Shown here: positions 8,241-18,660 of the stretch, piece after piece | Numbering within the stretch: position 1 is the stretch's first letter | Layout of the letters: each line of letters opens with the position of its first letter | Source of the DNA: an uncultured Atopobiaceae bacterium | GTDB taxonomy: Bacteria > Actinomycetota > Coriobacteriia > Coriobacteriales > Atopobiaceae | Reading direction: 5' to 3' | Assembly (NCBI GenBank): GCA_947599965.1 | Contig: CANQFP010000002.1 | Location: forward strand, 3,958-67,957 | DNA length: 64,000 nt | The notes under the pieces: model-generated | Databases searched by the model: none | Seen by the model: the letters and a program-made list of their open reading frames with translations, nothing else | Told to the model about the DNA's origin: nothing | Translations under genes and position numbers: made by a program

Positions 8241-9601
8241 ACGGGCTTCGCCGGTTCTGGGAATCCCTCGACATCTACGTCATCGCCCTGCTCATCTGCG
8301 CCGTCGTCGGCCTCGGAGCGGCCTTCTCCTGGAGCATCTCCACCGGGCATTGGTCCCTCGCCGTCCTCGACTCGGTGCTCATGGTGGTCGCCATCTTCGG
8401 CGGCGTGCAGTCGTTTCGCGCCCCCGACCGCATCAAGAGCGTCTCGACCGAGCGCACCTTGAGAACCGCCTCGAGCACGCTCGCCTTCATCCGCGACGGC
8501 CTCACGCCGGTGGGGTGCCGCTCGGTCTGCGAGGAGCTCTGGCACGAGACCCGCGCCGCCGCCGTGGCCATAACCGACCGCGAGCACGTGCTCGCCTACG
8601 TCGGCGAGCTGGAGCCGGAGTTCCCGCCGGGGAGCCCCGTGCGCACCCAGGCCACGATGGACGTCCTCTCCGGCGGCACGACCCAGACGTTCTCCTCCAT
8701 CACGCCCGCGCAGATGGAGGACCTCGGCACGATGGACACGGCCGAGCGGCTTCGCGAGGTCTCGTTCCTGCCGGCGGGCATCGTCTGCCCGCTGCGCGTG
8801 CGCGGGGAGACCATCGGCGTCATCAAGTTCTACTACACGAACTACCACGACATCGATCGCACCGAGCGCGCCGTGGCCCAGGGCTTCGCCGAGCTCCTCT
8901 CCACCCAGCTCGCCCTCTCCGAGCTCGACCGCCAATCCCACCTCGCCACCGAGGCCGAGGTCCGCGCCCTCCAGGCGCAGATCAACCCGCACTTCCTCTT
9001 CAACACCATCAACACCATCGCCGCGCTCATCCGCACCGACCCGCCCCGTGCCCGCGAGCTGCTCCGCGAGTTCGCGCTCTTCTATCGCCGGACCCTCGAG
9101 AACTCCGACAGCCTCATCCCGTTTTCGCGCGAGCTCGAGCAGACCCGCCGCTACCTCATCTTCGAGTACGCGCGCTTCGGCCGCGACCGCATCAGCGAGC
9201 AGGAGGAGGTGGCCGCGGGCCTCGAAGAGGTGCCCGTGCCGGCCTTCATCGTGCAGCCCATCGTGGAGAACGCCGTGCGGCACGCCATGCGCGAGGAGGG
9301 CACGCTCCACATCGACATCTACGCCACCACCGAGGGCGACGACCTCCTCATCTCCGTCGCCGATGACGGCGTGGGCATGACGTCGGCCGAGCTCGGGCGC
9401 CTGCGCTCCGAGTGGTCGCTCGACACGCCCCGGCTCGAGGAGGATCCCCGCGAGGGCACGGGCACGGCGCTTCGCAACGTCCGCGAGCGCATCGTCCGCC
9501 AGTTCGGGCCCGGCTCCGACATCGACATCGTCTCGCGCCCGGACGAGGGAACCGTGGTCACGCTGCGCCTGAACGGCGCGCTTCGCACGGCTCGTTCCTA
9601 G
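8237..9601 (+). CDS. Sensor histidine kinase, LytS/YehU (His_kinase PF06580-type) family
   Basis: It has two N-terminal TM helices and a GAF-like middle region. It then carries ALQAQINPHFLFNTINTIAALI and PAFIVQPIVENAVRHAM (HATPase). The GTG start overlaps the upstream stop (GTGA). Confidence 0.9.
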   Translation: MNGLRRFWESLDIYVIALLICAVVGLGAAFSWSISTGHWSLAVLDSVLMVVAIFGGVQSFRAPDRIKSVSTERTLRTASSTLAFIRDGLTPVGCRSVCEELWHETRAAAVAITDREHVLAYVGELEPEFPPGSPVRTQATMDVLSGGTTQTFSSITPAQMEDLGTMDTAERLREVSFLPAGIVCPLRVRGETIGVIKFYYTNYHDIDRTERAVAQGFAELLSTQLALSELDRQSHLATEAEVRALQAQINPHFLFNTINTIAALIRTDPPRARELLREFALFYRRTLENSDSLIPFSRELEQTRRYLIFEYARFGRDRISEQEEVAAGLEEVPVPAFIVQPIVENAVRHAMREEGTLHIDIYATTEGDDLLISVADDGVGMTSAELGRLRSEWSLDTPRLEEDPREGTGTALRNVRERIVRQFGPGSDIDIVSRPDEGTVVTLRLNGALRTARS

Positions 9602-9764
9602 CGTCACCCGCCGCACCCCCCGCGCTCCAAGCGGCGTTGTCTTTGCAACAAATGGATTGCGTGACTGGTTAGCTTGCGCGTGACGGGGTATTGTAAGAGT
9701 GCTTTCAGGAATCGTGAATCGCGAGGGGTACGCTGACGATTTCCTTAAGGGAGAGAGGTCATCC

Positions 9765-10484
9765 ATGCTGAGCGCGATGATCGTCGATGACGAGGCTCCG
9801 GCACGCTCCGAGTTGAAGTATCTCCTCGAGCAATCGGGCCGCGTGGAATCCATCGTCGAGGCCTCCGGCGCCCGCGAGGCCGTGCAGAAGCTCATGGACG
9901 GTCGCCCCGACGTCCTCTTCCTCGACATTCGCATGCCCAAGACCGACGGCATGTCGCTCGCCGAGGCGCTTCACAAGCTCAAGAATCCGCCCGCCATCGT
10001 CTTCGTCACGGCCTACGGCGAGTACGCGCTCAAGGCCTTCGAGGTCGAGGCCATCGACTACCTCGTGAAGCCCGTGGAGACCGATCGCCTGAACGCCGCG
10101 CTGGACAAGGTCATCGCCCACGCCACACCCCGCCGCCAGTCGCGCCCGCCGCAGGAGCGCATCCCGGTTGAGAAGAGCGGCCGTAAGGTGCTCGTGCCGG
10201 TGGATCAGATCCGCTACATCGAGGCCAAGGACGACTACTCCTGCATCTACACCGACACCGATCGCTACCTCTCCACGATCTCCCTCGCCCAGCTGGAGAA
10301 CCGCCTCGGCTCCCACGGGTTCTTCCGCGTCCACCGCGGCTACATCGTGAACCTCGCCCACGTGGAAGACGTCGAGGTCGTGTCGAGTGGCATCTTGAAG
10401 CTCGGCTTGAACGGCATCAACGGCAAGAAGGTTTCGGTCTCGAGGCGCCGCGTCGTGCAGTTGAAGCGCGCCCTCGGCCTCTAG
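9765..10484 (+). CDS. LytTR-family response regulator
   Basis: The REC domain reads MIVDDEAPARSEL...VLFLDIRMPKTDG. The LytTR domain reads VDQIRYIEAKDDYSCIYT...FFRVHRGYIVNL. ATG 9765 follows AAGGGAGAGAGG. Confidence 0.92.
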   Translation: MLSAMIVDDEAPARSELKYLLEQSGRVESIVEASGAREAVQKLMDGRPDVLFLDIRMPKTDGMSLAEALHKLKNPPAIVFVTAYGEYALKAFEVEAIDYLVKPVETDRLNAALDKVIAHATPRRQSRPPQERIPVEKSGRKVLVPVDQIRYIEAKDDYSCIYTDTDRYLSTISLAQLENRLGSHGFFRVHRGYIVNLAHVEDVEVVSSGILKLGLNGINGKKVSVSRRRVVQLKRALGL

Positions 10485-10499
10485 GCGTAGGGGAATTCG

Positions 10500-11012
10500 A
10501 TGCTCGGAACGGGCCGCCTCAGGGTGGACGTCGTCAGCGACACCCACGGCTACCTCTCGGACGAGTTGCTGGAGGAGCTGCGCGGCTGCGACTACATCGT
10601 CCACGCCGGCGACATCTGTTCCCGCTCCGATCTCACCACGCTCGAGGGCATCGCGCCGGTGCGCCTTTGCCTCGGCAACAACGACTACCCCTACGAATAC
10701 GGTCCGAACATCGCGCGGGAGGCGCGCTTCTCCCTCGGCGGCGTGCGCTTCCAGGTGGTCCACCATCGTGAGCAGGTGCGTCCGAAGACGGCGGACGTCT
10801 GCGTCTTCGGCCACACGCATCGTCCCGTGCTCGAGTACGCCGAGAACGGCACGCTCCTCATGAACCCCGGCTCGCCGACGAGCCCCCGCTCCAAGCAGGG
10901 CCCCACCATCGGCCGCCTCTTCATTCGCGGCGCTCACGTGGAGATGCCCGAGATCGTCGAGCTCCCCATGAGCGAGGAGGACAAGGCGCGCGCGTGGTGG
11001 TGGGCGTTCTAG
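10500..11012 (+). CDS. YfcE/MJ0936-family metallophosphoesterase
   Basis: The motifs VVSDTHGY, VHAGDI, LGNNDY and FGHTHRP are present. It starts 15 nt after the response-regulator stop. Confidence 0.85.
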   Translation: MLGTGRLRVDVVSDTHGYLSDELLEELRGCDYIVHAGDICSRSDLTTLEGIAPVRLCLGNNDYPYEYGPNIAREARFSLGGVRFQVVHHREQVRPKTADVCVFGHTHRPVLEYAENGTLLMNPGSPTSPRSKQGPTIGRLFIRGAHVEMPEIVELPMSEEDKARAWWWAF

Positions 11013-11055
11013 GAGCTTCGCCCGCCAGTTCGTCCATCAAGCCTGAAACGAGAAG

Positions 11056-11081
11056 ACGCGGGACGCAAAAGCGCCCCGCGT
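11056..11081 (-). terminator. Intrinsic terminator downstream of pgi
   Basis: The hairpin is ACGCGGGACGC-AAAA-GCGCCCCGCGT. On the minus strand it is followed by CTTCTCGTTTC. Confidence 0.55.
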
Positions 11082-11108
11082 TCGCGTGCGATCTGATGTG
11101 CCGCGTCG

Positions 11109-12803
<1,695 letters not shown>

Positions 12804-12979
12804 GGCGATCCTTCCTGGAGATGCCGACGTGGGCTACGCTGCTAGCCTACTCCAACGGCTCCCCTCGCCGAGCGACCTGCCGCCGCGCGGTCATGCGAAG
12901 CCCCTAGGGGCCGGCCCCCGGTCGGTTCTCGGGTTGCCTTTGTCGATAGAGTGGACGTCGGATACGGAAAGGCACGCCC

Positions 12980-13495
12980 ATGGAACGACCGATGCGCCGC
13001 GCTCGCCAGGCCCTCGAGCTCGCCGAGGCACTCGAGATCTTGAGACGCCACACCCATGGCGTCATGGCCCTCGTCGACGAAGACGGGGAACCCTACGCCG
13101 TCCCGCTCTCCTACGTCGTGCTGGATGGCGAGGAGGGGCTCCGCCTGCTCTTCCATTGCGCTCGCAGCGGCCACAAGCTCCACTGCATCGAGCACGAACC
13201 GCGGGTTTCGTTCTGCGTCGTGGGCGAGGATCGGATCGTGCCCGAGCGCTTCACCACCTGCTACAGAAGCGTCATCGCCTTCGGCCGGGCCCGCGTGATC
13301 CTTCCCGGCGAAGTCGGCACGGCTGAAACGTGCGAGGTCGAGGAGGCGCTCGCCGAGCTCGCGGGGAAGTACTCGCCCGGCATCGACTCCGCGGAGGAGA
13401 TCGCGAGCGCGCTTTCGCGCGTGGCGATCATCGAGATGGCGGTGGATCGGCTGAGCGGCAAGCAGGCCAAGGAGCTCATGGCCCGCTCCCGTTAG
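12980..13495 (+). CDS. Pyridoxamine 5'-phosphate oxidase-fold FMN-binding protein (NimA-like)
   Basis: The protein is about 170 aa. The pattern ILRRHTHGVMALVDEDGEPYAVPLSYV...RVSFCVVG...ERFTTCYRSVIAFGRA is typical of Nim/PNPOx-related proteins. Confidence 0.7.
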   Translation: MERPMRRARQALELAEALEILRRHTHGVMALVDEDGEPYAVPLSYVVLDGEEGLRLLFHCARSGHKLHCIEHEPRVSFCVVGEDRIVPERFTTCYRSVIAFGRARVILPGEVGTAETCEVEEALAELAGKYSPGIDSAEEIASALSRVAIIEMAVDRLSGKQAKELMARSR

Positions 13496-13536
13496 CGCTC
13501 ACGTGGCAGGCCCGCCCACGCCGTCCGACGTGAAAC

Positions 13537-14496
13537 CTACTGGTGAACGTGCGTGCCGCTCTCGCCGCGCATGATCTCCGGCGCCCGCTCGAGCGCGCCG
13601 ATGATGGCCACGCGCCCCGGCTTGCTCTCCGCGAAGCGCACGGCAGCCTCCACCTTCGGCTCCATGGAGCCCTTGCCGAACTGGCCCTCCGCGAGGTAGC
13701 GCTTGGCGTCGGCCACGCTGAGATCGGAGAGGTCGATCTGATCGGGCTTGCCGAAGTTGATCGACACGTGGTTCACCTGGGTGAGTAGGAAGAGCACGTC
13801 CGCGTCGCACTCCTCGGCCAAGATCTCGCCGCCGAGGTCCTTGTCGAGCACCGCGTCCACGCCGTGGATGAGGCCGTTCTCGTCTTCCACGACGGGGATG
13901 CCGCCGCCTCCGCAGGCGAGCACGATGTAGCCGCTGTCCAGCAGGTTCAAAATCGACGGTGTCTCGATGATGCGAAGCGGCATGGGGCTCGCGACGGCGC
14001 GCCGATAGCCGCGGCCCGAATCCTCCATGAAGACGAGCGACGGGTCGAGGAGCTTCGCCATGTCGGCCTGATCCTCGGTGTAGAACTCGCCGATGGGCTT
14101 CACGGGGTTCTGGAACGACGGGTCGTTCCCATCCACCTCGATCTGCGTGATGACCGTCGCCACGTGCCACGGCTTGCCCTCTCGGCGGATCTCGTTCTCG
14201 AGGCCCTGCTGGAGGTAGTAGCCGATGTAGCCCTGCGTGACGGCGCCGCAATCGGGAAGCGGCAGGTCGGGGATCTGCGGATCGGCCATGTGGGCGATGG
14301 CGAAGGCCTTCTGCATCCAGCCGACCTGCGGGCCGTTGCCGTGGGTGATGATGATCTCGTTGCCGAGGTCGATGAGGCGAAGCAGCGCCGGCGTGGTCTC
14401 GGCGATGCAGTGCTGCAGCTCTTCGGGCGTGGAGCCGAGGGCGTTGCCCCCGAGGCAGACGACGACGCGATTCGGGCGACCCACGGGCTTGGCCAT
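13537..14496 (-). CDS. arcC: Carbamate kinase
   Basis: It contains VVVCLGGNALG, ITHGNGPQVG and LACGGGGIPV. ATG 14496 follows GGAGGAGG. The upstream part of ORF 13537..14643 is not supported. Confidence 0.9.
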   Translation of the reverse strand: MAKPVGRPNRVVVCLGGNALGSTPEELQHCIAETTPALLRLIDLGNEIIITHGNGPQVGWMQKAFAIAHMADPQIPDLPLPDCGAVTQGYIGYYLQQGLENEIRREGKPWHVATVITQIEVDGNDPSFQNPVKPIGEFYTEDQADMAKLLDPSLVFMEDSGRGYRRAVASPMPLRIIETPSILNLLDSGYIVLACGGGGIPVVEDENGLIHGVDAVLDKDLGGEILAEECDADVLFLLTQVNHVSINFGKPDQIDLSDLSVADAKRYLAEGQFGKGSMEPKVEAAVRFAESKPGRVAIIGALERAPEIMRGESGTHVHQ

Positions 14497-14617
14497 ACGT
14501 GCCTCCTCCAAACGGCAGGACGAAACCGCCGAGGGAGCGCCCCGGCACACAAGTTCTACCCAAACAAGGGAGCCGGCTCGCCTATCATCGTCACGTTTCG
14601 ACGGAGAGGAAGCATCG

Positions 14618-16183
14618 ATGACGCAAACGAATCGCCCCGCCACTGGTTCCGCCCGCCCCGCCTCGCACCGCCCGTTGGCGCTGGTAACGCTCGTGCTCGG
14701 ACTGCTCGTGGCCTGCCTTGCGTTCGGTGCCCGAGCCGCGCGCGCCGACGAGGCGCTCGACGCGAGCGTGCCCGTCTATCGCATCTACAACCGGAGCACC
14801 GGCGAGCATCTCCTCACCGCCGACGAGAACGAGAAGAACTACCAATCCTCCCATGGCTGGCGCTACGAGGGCATCGCCTTCCGCACGCCCGCCACGGGCG
14901 ACGAGGTCTATCGCCTCTACAACACGGCGACGCATGATCACCTCTACACGACCGATGCCCATGAGCGCGATGTGCTCTCCACGGAAAACGGCTGGCGTTA
15001 CGAGGGCGTGAAGTTCCACGTCATCAAGGCCGATCCCGGGAATCCGACGACCGCCTATCCGGTCTATCGCCTCTGGAACACCCTCAACAAGGGCGTGGGC
15101 ACGCACCTCTGGACCCTCGACGAGAACGAGTACCAAACGCTTCCCCAAGGCGGGAGCGGCACGCCCGCAGGCGCCTGGAAGCAGGAGGGTGTCGCCTGGT
15201 ACGCGACCGGCCCCTTCGAGGCGGCGCCGAAGCCGAGCACGCCCTACGACACCCACGGCGCGCTTTCCGTGCGCGGCACGGACATCGTCGACGAGTACGG
15301 CCGGAAGTTCCAGCTCCGCGGCATGTCCACCCACGGCCTCTCCTTCACGGAGGAGGGCGTGCCCTTCAAGGACTACGTCAACCGCGACGCCTTCCAGACG
15401 CTTCGCGACGACTGGGGTGCGAACTGCGTGCGCCTCGCCATGTACACCGAGAGCTACATGGGCTACTGCAACGGCGGCAACAAAGAGGAGCTCAAGGGCA
15501 TCGTCCGGCGTGGCGTGAACGCGGCGACCGATCTCGGGATGTACGTCATCATCGACTGGCACATCCTCGAGAACGGCAACCCCACCGCGCGCGAAGGGGA
15601 CGCGCGCGAGTTCTTCGATCAGATGAGCCGCGAGTTCAAGGACCACGGAAACGTGCTCTACGAGATCTGCAACGAGCCCAACGGCGGCGTCGACTGGTAC
15701 ACCATCAAGGGCTACGCCGAGCGCATCATCCCCGTGATTCGCGCGAACGACCCCGATGCCATCGTGATCGTGGGAACGCCCGAGTGGTCCCAGCGCGTGG
15801 ACAGCGCGGCGGCGGATCGCATCTGGGGCCCGAGCGGCGAGAACACCCTCTACGCGCTGCACTTCTACGCGAACACCCACACCCAGTGGCTTCGCGATCG
15901 CATGAACGCGGCCCTCGACGCCGGCCTTCCGATCTTCATCAGCGAGTTCGGCACGTGCGACGCGAGCGGCAACGGCGGCCTCAACTTCGGGGAGGCGCAG
16001 CAGTGGCTCGATCTCGCCAACCGGCGCAACGTGAGCTGGATGAATTGGAGCCTCTGCTTGAAGAACGAATCGGCGAGCGCCATCCAGCCCTGGTGCAAGA
16101 AGCTTTCCGGATGGGAGACGTGGGAGCTCACCGACAGCGGCAACTGGGTGCGCGGCGCCATGCGGGCGGCGGCCGGCCTCTAG
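14618..16183 (+). CDS. Secreted GH5 endoglucanase (cellulase family A) with three N-terminal DUF5648-like repeats
   Basis: The signal peptide ends in AARA-DE. There are three repeats of the form VYR[IL][YW]N...H[LW][LYW]T.DE.E...GW+.EG[IV]. The GH5 acid/base motif is EICNEPNG and the nucleophile motif is PIFISEFGT. ATG 14618 follows GGAGAGGAAG. Confidence 0.88.
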   Translation: MTQTNRPATGSARPASHRPLALVTLVLGLLVACLAFGARAARADEALDASVPVYRIYNRSTGEHLLTADENEKNYQSSHGWRYEGIAFRTPATGDEVYRLYNTATHDHLYTTDAHERDVLSTENGWRYEGVKFHVIKADPGNPTTAYPVYRLWNTLNKGVGTHLWTLDENEYQTLPQGGSGTPAGAWKQEGVAWYATGPFEAAPKPSTPYDTHGALSVRGTDIVDEYGRKFQLRGMSTHGLSFTEEGVPFKDYVNRDAFQTLRDDWGANCVRLAMYTESYMGYCNGGNKEELKGIVRRGVNAATDLGMYVIIDWHILENGNPTAREGDAREFFDQMSREFKDHGNVLYEICNEPNGGVDWYTIKGYAERIIPVIRANDPDAIVIVGTPEWSQRVDSAAADRIWGPSGENTLYALHFYANTHTQWLRDRMNAALDAGLPIFISEFGTCDASGNGGLNFGEAQQWLDLANRRNVSWMNWSLCLKNESASAIQPWCKKLSGWETWELTDSGNWVRGAMRAAAGL

Positions 16184-16210
16184 GGGCGTCGCATGACCGC
16201 GCCTTGCCTG

Positions 16211-16456
16211 CCAGCCGTATTCGCCGCATGACCTCTGCCAAATGAGACGATCTGCCGTATCCCATGGCACGGGGCCGTATTCGCCGTATCCCATCGTCCT
16301 CGAACGAGCCGATTGCACGTGCGTTCGATACGGCCGATGCGGCGCACCGCCACATCGATACGGCCGATGCGGCCTTTCGGCTCCAAGCCCATACGGCACA
16401 TGGGCGTCCTCGGCATCGCATACGGCGGATGGGGCTGCATGGCCGCATCGCTACGG
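16211..16456. repeat. Repeat-dense, globally palindromic intergenic region
   Basis: CCGTAT occurs four times in the left half (16215, 16255, 16275, 16284). ATACGG occurs four times in the right half (16328, 16358, 16391, 16420), with CTACGG at 16451. The centre is the palindrome GCACGTGC at 16315-16322. A 19-nt direct repeat, TCGATACGGCCGATGCGGC, lies at 16325 and 16355. Confidence 0.7.
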
Positions 16457-16470
16457 CGAGCGGGCGTGCC

Positions 16471-18660
16471 TCACTCCTTGAAGATGAGCTTGGAGGCCTC
16501 GAGGCGCTCATCCACATAGTCGTTCAGCTTGATGATGGGCTTTCTGAGCGCGAGCCCGAGGAGCAGGAACGGGATGATGAGCGCCGCGAGTTCCGCGAGG
16601 GCGATGAGCAGCTGGTCTTGGTAGATGCCGGCGATGCAGCTCTCGAAGGCGAGCATGGAGTGGGAGAACGGCAGCCACGGGTAGATGGCCACGAAGACGG
16701 GTCCCGAGACCTGCACCGGGAAGACCCCGCCCGCGCCGGCGATCTGCGCCACGAGCCCCACGACGGCGAGCGCCTCGCCCACGCGCCCGAAGGAGAGCAC
16801 GAGCGTGTAGATGATGTTCGAGAAGACGAGCGCCGCCACCCAGCCGCTCGCGATGAGCAGGAACGGGTGGTCGCATTGGATGCGCAGGAAGAGGATGGCG
16901 CCGAGCATGAGGATCGTCGTCTGGCAGATGGAGATGAGCGCGAAGGTGAGGTAGCGCCCGAGGTAGCACTCGTTGGCGGTGAGGGGCGTGCCGGTGGCCG
17001 CCTCCACCTTGGCGCGCCTGGCGTCGGACACGCTCGTGCGGATGAGCGCCACCTCGAAGATGCAGCCTATCCAGATGGCGAGCGAGAGGTAGAAGGGCGC
17101 CATGGCGCTGCCGTTGTTGGCCATGGGATAGACCTCGTGGCGCACGAGCTCGGTGGGCGAGGAGAGGAAGCCCGCCAGCCCGGCGGGGTCGGAGCCGATG
17201 ATCGTGCGGATCTGCTCGAGATCGCCCGAGGCGATGGCCTGGGCGAGCCGGTCGCGCGCCTCTGCGAGCCGCTCGCGCGTGGAGGAGAGGGTCGAGGCCA
17301 TGTCGTCGAGGGAGGCCTCCACCTGCGAGAGGTCGCCGGAGAGCGTGGTGGCCGTGGAGGAGAGCCCCTCGACCTCTGACGCGGCGCGCTCGCCGAGGGC
17401 GACGGCCCCCGATCTGAGCGCTTGGAGCCGCTGTTGGAGCGCTCGGGCGTCGGAGGCGATGGTGCCGGCGGTGGAGCTCCGAAGCTCGTCGATGGCCTCG
17501 CGCGCCGAGGCGATGTCGGCTTCCACCTTGGCCCGCTCGCCCTCCACCTCGGCGGCTCCTCGGCCGAGGTCCTCCGAGGCCTGCGAGAGGTCGCCGGAGA
17601 GCGTGCCGAGCACGGCGATGGCCTGGTCGATGGCGGCGATCGCCGGGCTCGTGGAATCGATCGCGGAGATGGCATCGCGGAGCTGCGCGTAGGCGGCGGC
17701 GAGTTCCGCGGCGTCCGCCGAGGCATCGTTCAAGACCTGCTGGTTGGCGGGCACGGCGTCTTCCGCCGCGTCGAGCACGCCGTCCGCCGCCTGGGCGAGG
17801 GCGTCGAGGGCGCTCGAGGTGTCCGCCAGCGCCGAGCCGAGCAGCTCCTCCACGCTCCCGAGCGCGCTCGCCCCCTCGTCGAGCCCGCTCTGGGCCTCAT
17901 CCAGGAGCGGTTGCACGGTGTCGTCGAGGGTTCCGAGCTCTCCCAGCACGTCTCCCGTGGCCTCGAGGAGGGTCGAGCAGGAGCCGGCGAGATCGGCGAA
18001 GGCGCTCGTGCCCTCCGTGGCGGCGTCCAGATCGGCGAGCGCCTCGTCGAGGGTGGTGAGCAGGCGCGCTCCGTAGGAGCTGATGCCGTCGCCGTCCATG
18101 AAGCTCATGAGGTTGGAGGCGGTGCCGAGGGCCACGTCGGCCACCACCTTCGCGAACTGCGCGTCCACCTCGTGCTGGAGGTCGAAGGCGCCTTCGGTGG
18201 TGAGCTCGGGGGCCACCGCGTTCGTCTTCTGGTTCACGTAGTAGTCGATGGTGGCGCCGTCGATGGCAGCGTTCGGGTCGGAGAAGATCTCGAGGAGGTT
18301 TCGGCTGAAATCCTCCGGGATCACGAGCGCGGCGAAGTACGCGCCGGAATCCACGCCCTCCACAGCCTCCTCGGGCGTGGTGAAGACCCAGTGGAACTCC
18401 TCGTCTTTGCGAAGGGCATCCACGATGGCGTCGCCCGTGTTCACGGTCGTGGGGAAGAGCTCGCTCTCGTAGCCCTCGTCGGCGTTGGCCACGGCAACAT
18501 CGAGCTCGTCCGTCTGGGCGTAGGGGTCCCAGAACGCGAGCAGGCTGAACCAAGCGTAGAGCGAGGCCACGAGGAGGAGCCCCATCGCCACGATGCCGGC
18601 GATGACATTGGCCTTGAGCGAGGTGAGATCCTCCACGAAGAGGCGCCAGACGTTACGCAT
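16471..18660 (-). CDS. YhgE/Pip domain-containing membrane protein
   Basis: The N-terminal TM is followed by WDPY and DVAVANADEG. A long Ala/Glu/Leu-rich coiled-coil middle region precedes a C-terminal ABC-2-like 5-TM bundle. ATG 18660 was found by residue count. The N-terminal 112 aa of ORF 16471..18996 are Arg/Ser/Pro-rich junk overlapping the upstream gene. Confidence 0.85.
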   Translation of the reverse strand: MRNVWRLFVEDLTSLKANVIAGIVAMGLLLVASLYAWFSLLAFWDPYAQTDELDVAVANADEGYESELFPTTVNTGDAIVDALRKDEEFHWVFTTPEEAVEGVDSGAYFAALVIPEDFSRNLLEIFSDPNAAIDGATIDYYVNQKTNAVAPELTTEGAFDLQHEVDAQFAKVVADVALGTASNLMSFMDGDGISSYGARLLTTLDEALADLDAATEGTSAFADLAGSCSTLLEATGDVLGELGTLDDTVQPLLDEAQSGLDEGASALGSVEELLGSALADTSSALDALAQAADGVLDAAEDAVPANQQVLNDASADAAELAAAYAQLRDAISAIDSTSPAIAAIDQAIAVLGTLSGDLSQASEDLGRGAAEVEGERAKVEADIASAREAIDELRSSTAGTIASDARALQQRLQALRSGAVALGERAASEVEGLSSTATTLSGDLSQVEASLDDMASTLSSTRERLAEARDRLAQAIASGDLEQIRTIIGSDPAGLAGFLSSPTELVRHEVYPMANNGSAMAPFYLSLAIWIGCIFEVALIRTSVSDARRAKVEAATGTPLTANECYLGRYLTFALISICQTTILMLGAILFLRIQCDHPFLLIASGWVAALVFSNIIYTLVLSFGRVGEALAVVGLVAQIAGAGGVFPVQVSGPVFVAIYPWLPFSHSMLAFESCIAGIYQDQLLIALAELAALIIPFLLLGLALRKPIIKLNDYVDERLEASKLIFKE

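Noticed and set aside
16325-16373. Possible mini CRISPR array (a 19-nt direct repeat with a 30-nt period).
   Set aside because: There are only two repeat units, the repeat is short with an 11-nt spacer, and no cas genes are present in the window.
16180-16519. Small ORFs across the 16.2-16.5 kb spacer encoding periodic peptides (RYGRCG, RIGRI[DE], SIRPMR).
   Set aside because: The periodicity simply reads through the DNA repeats in all frames and on both strands. There is no RBS or start context, so the region is treated as non-coding repeat DNA.
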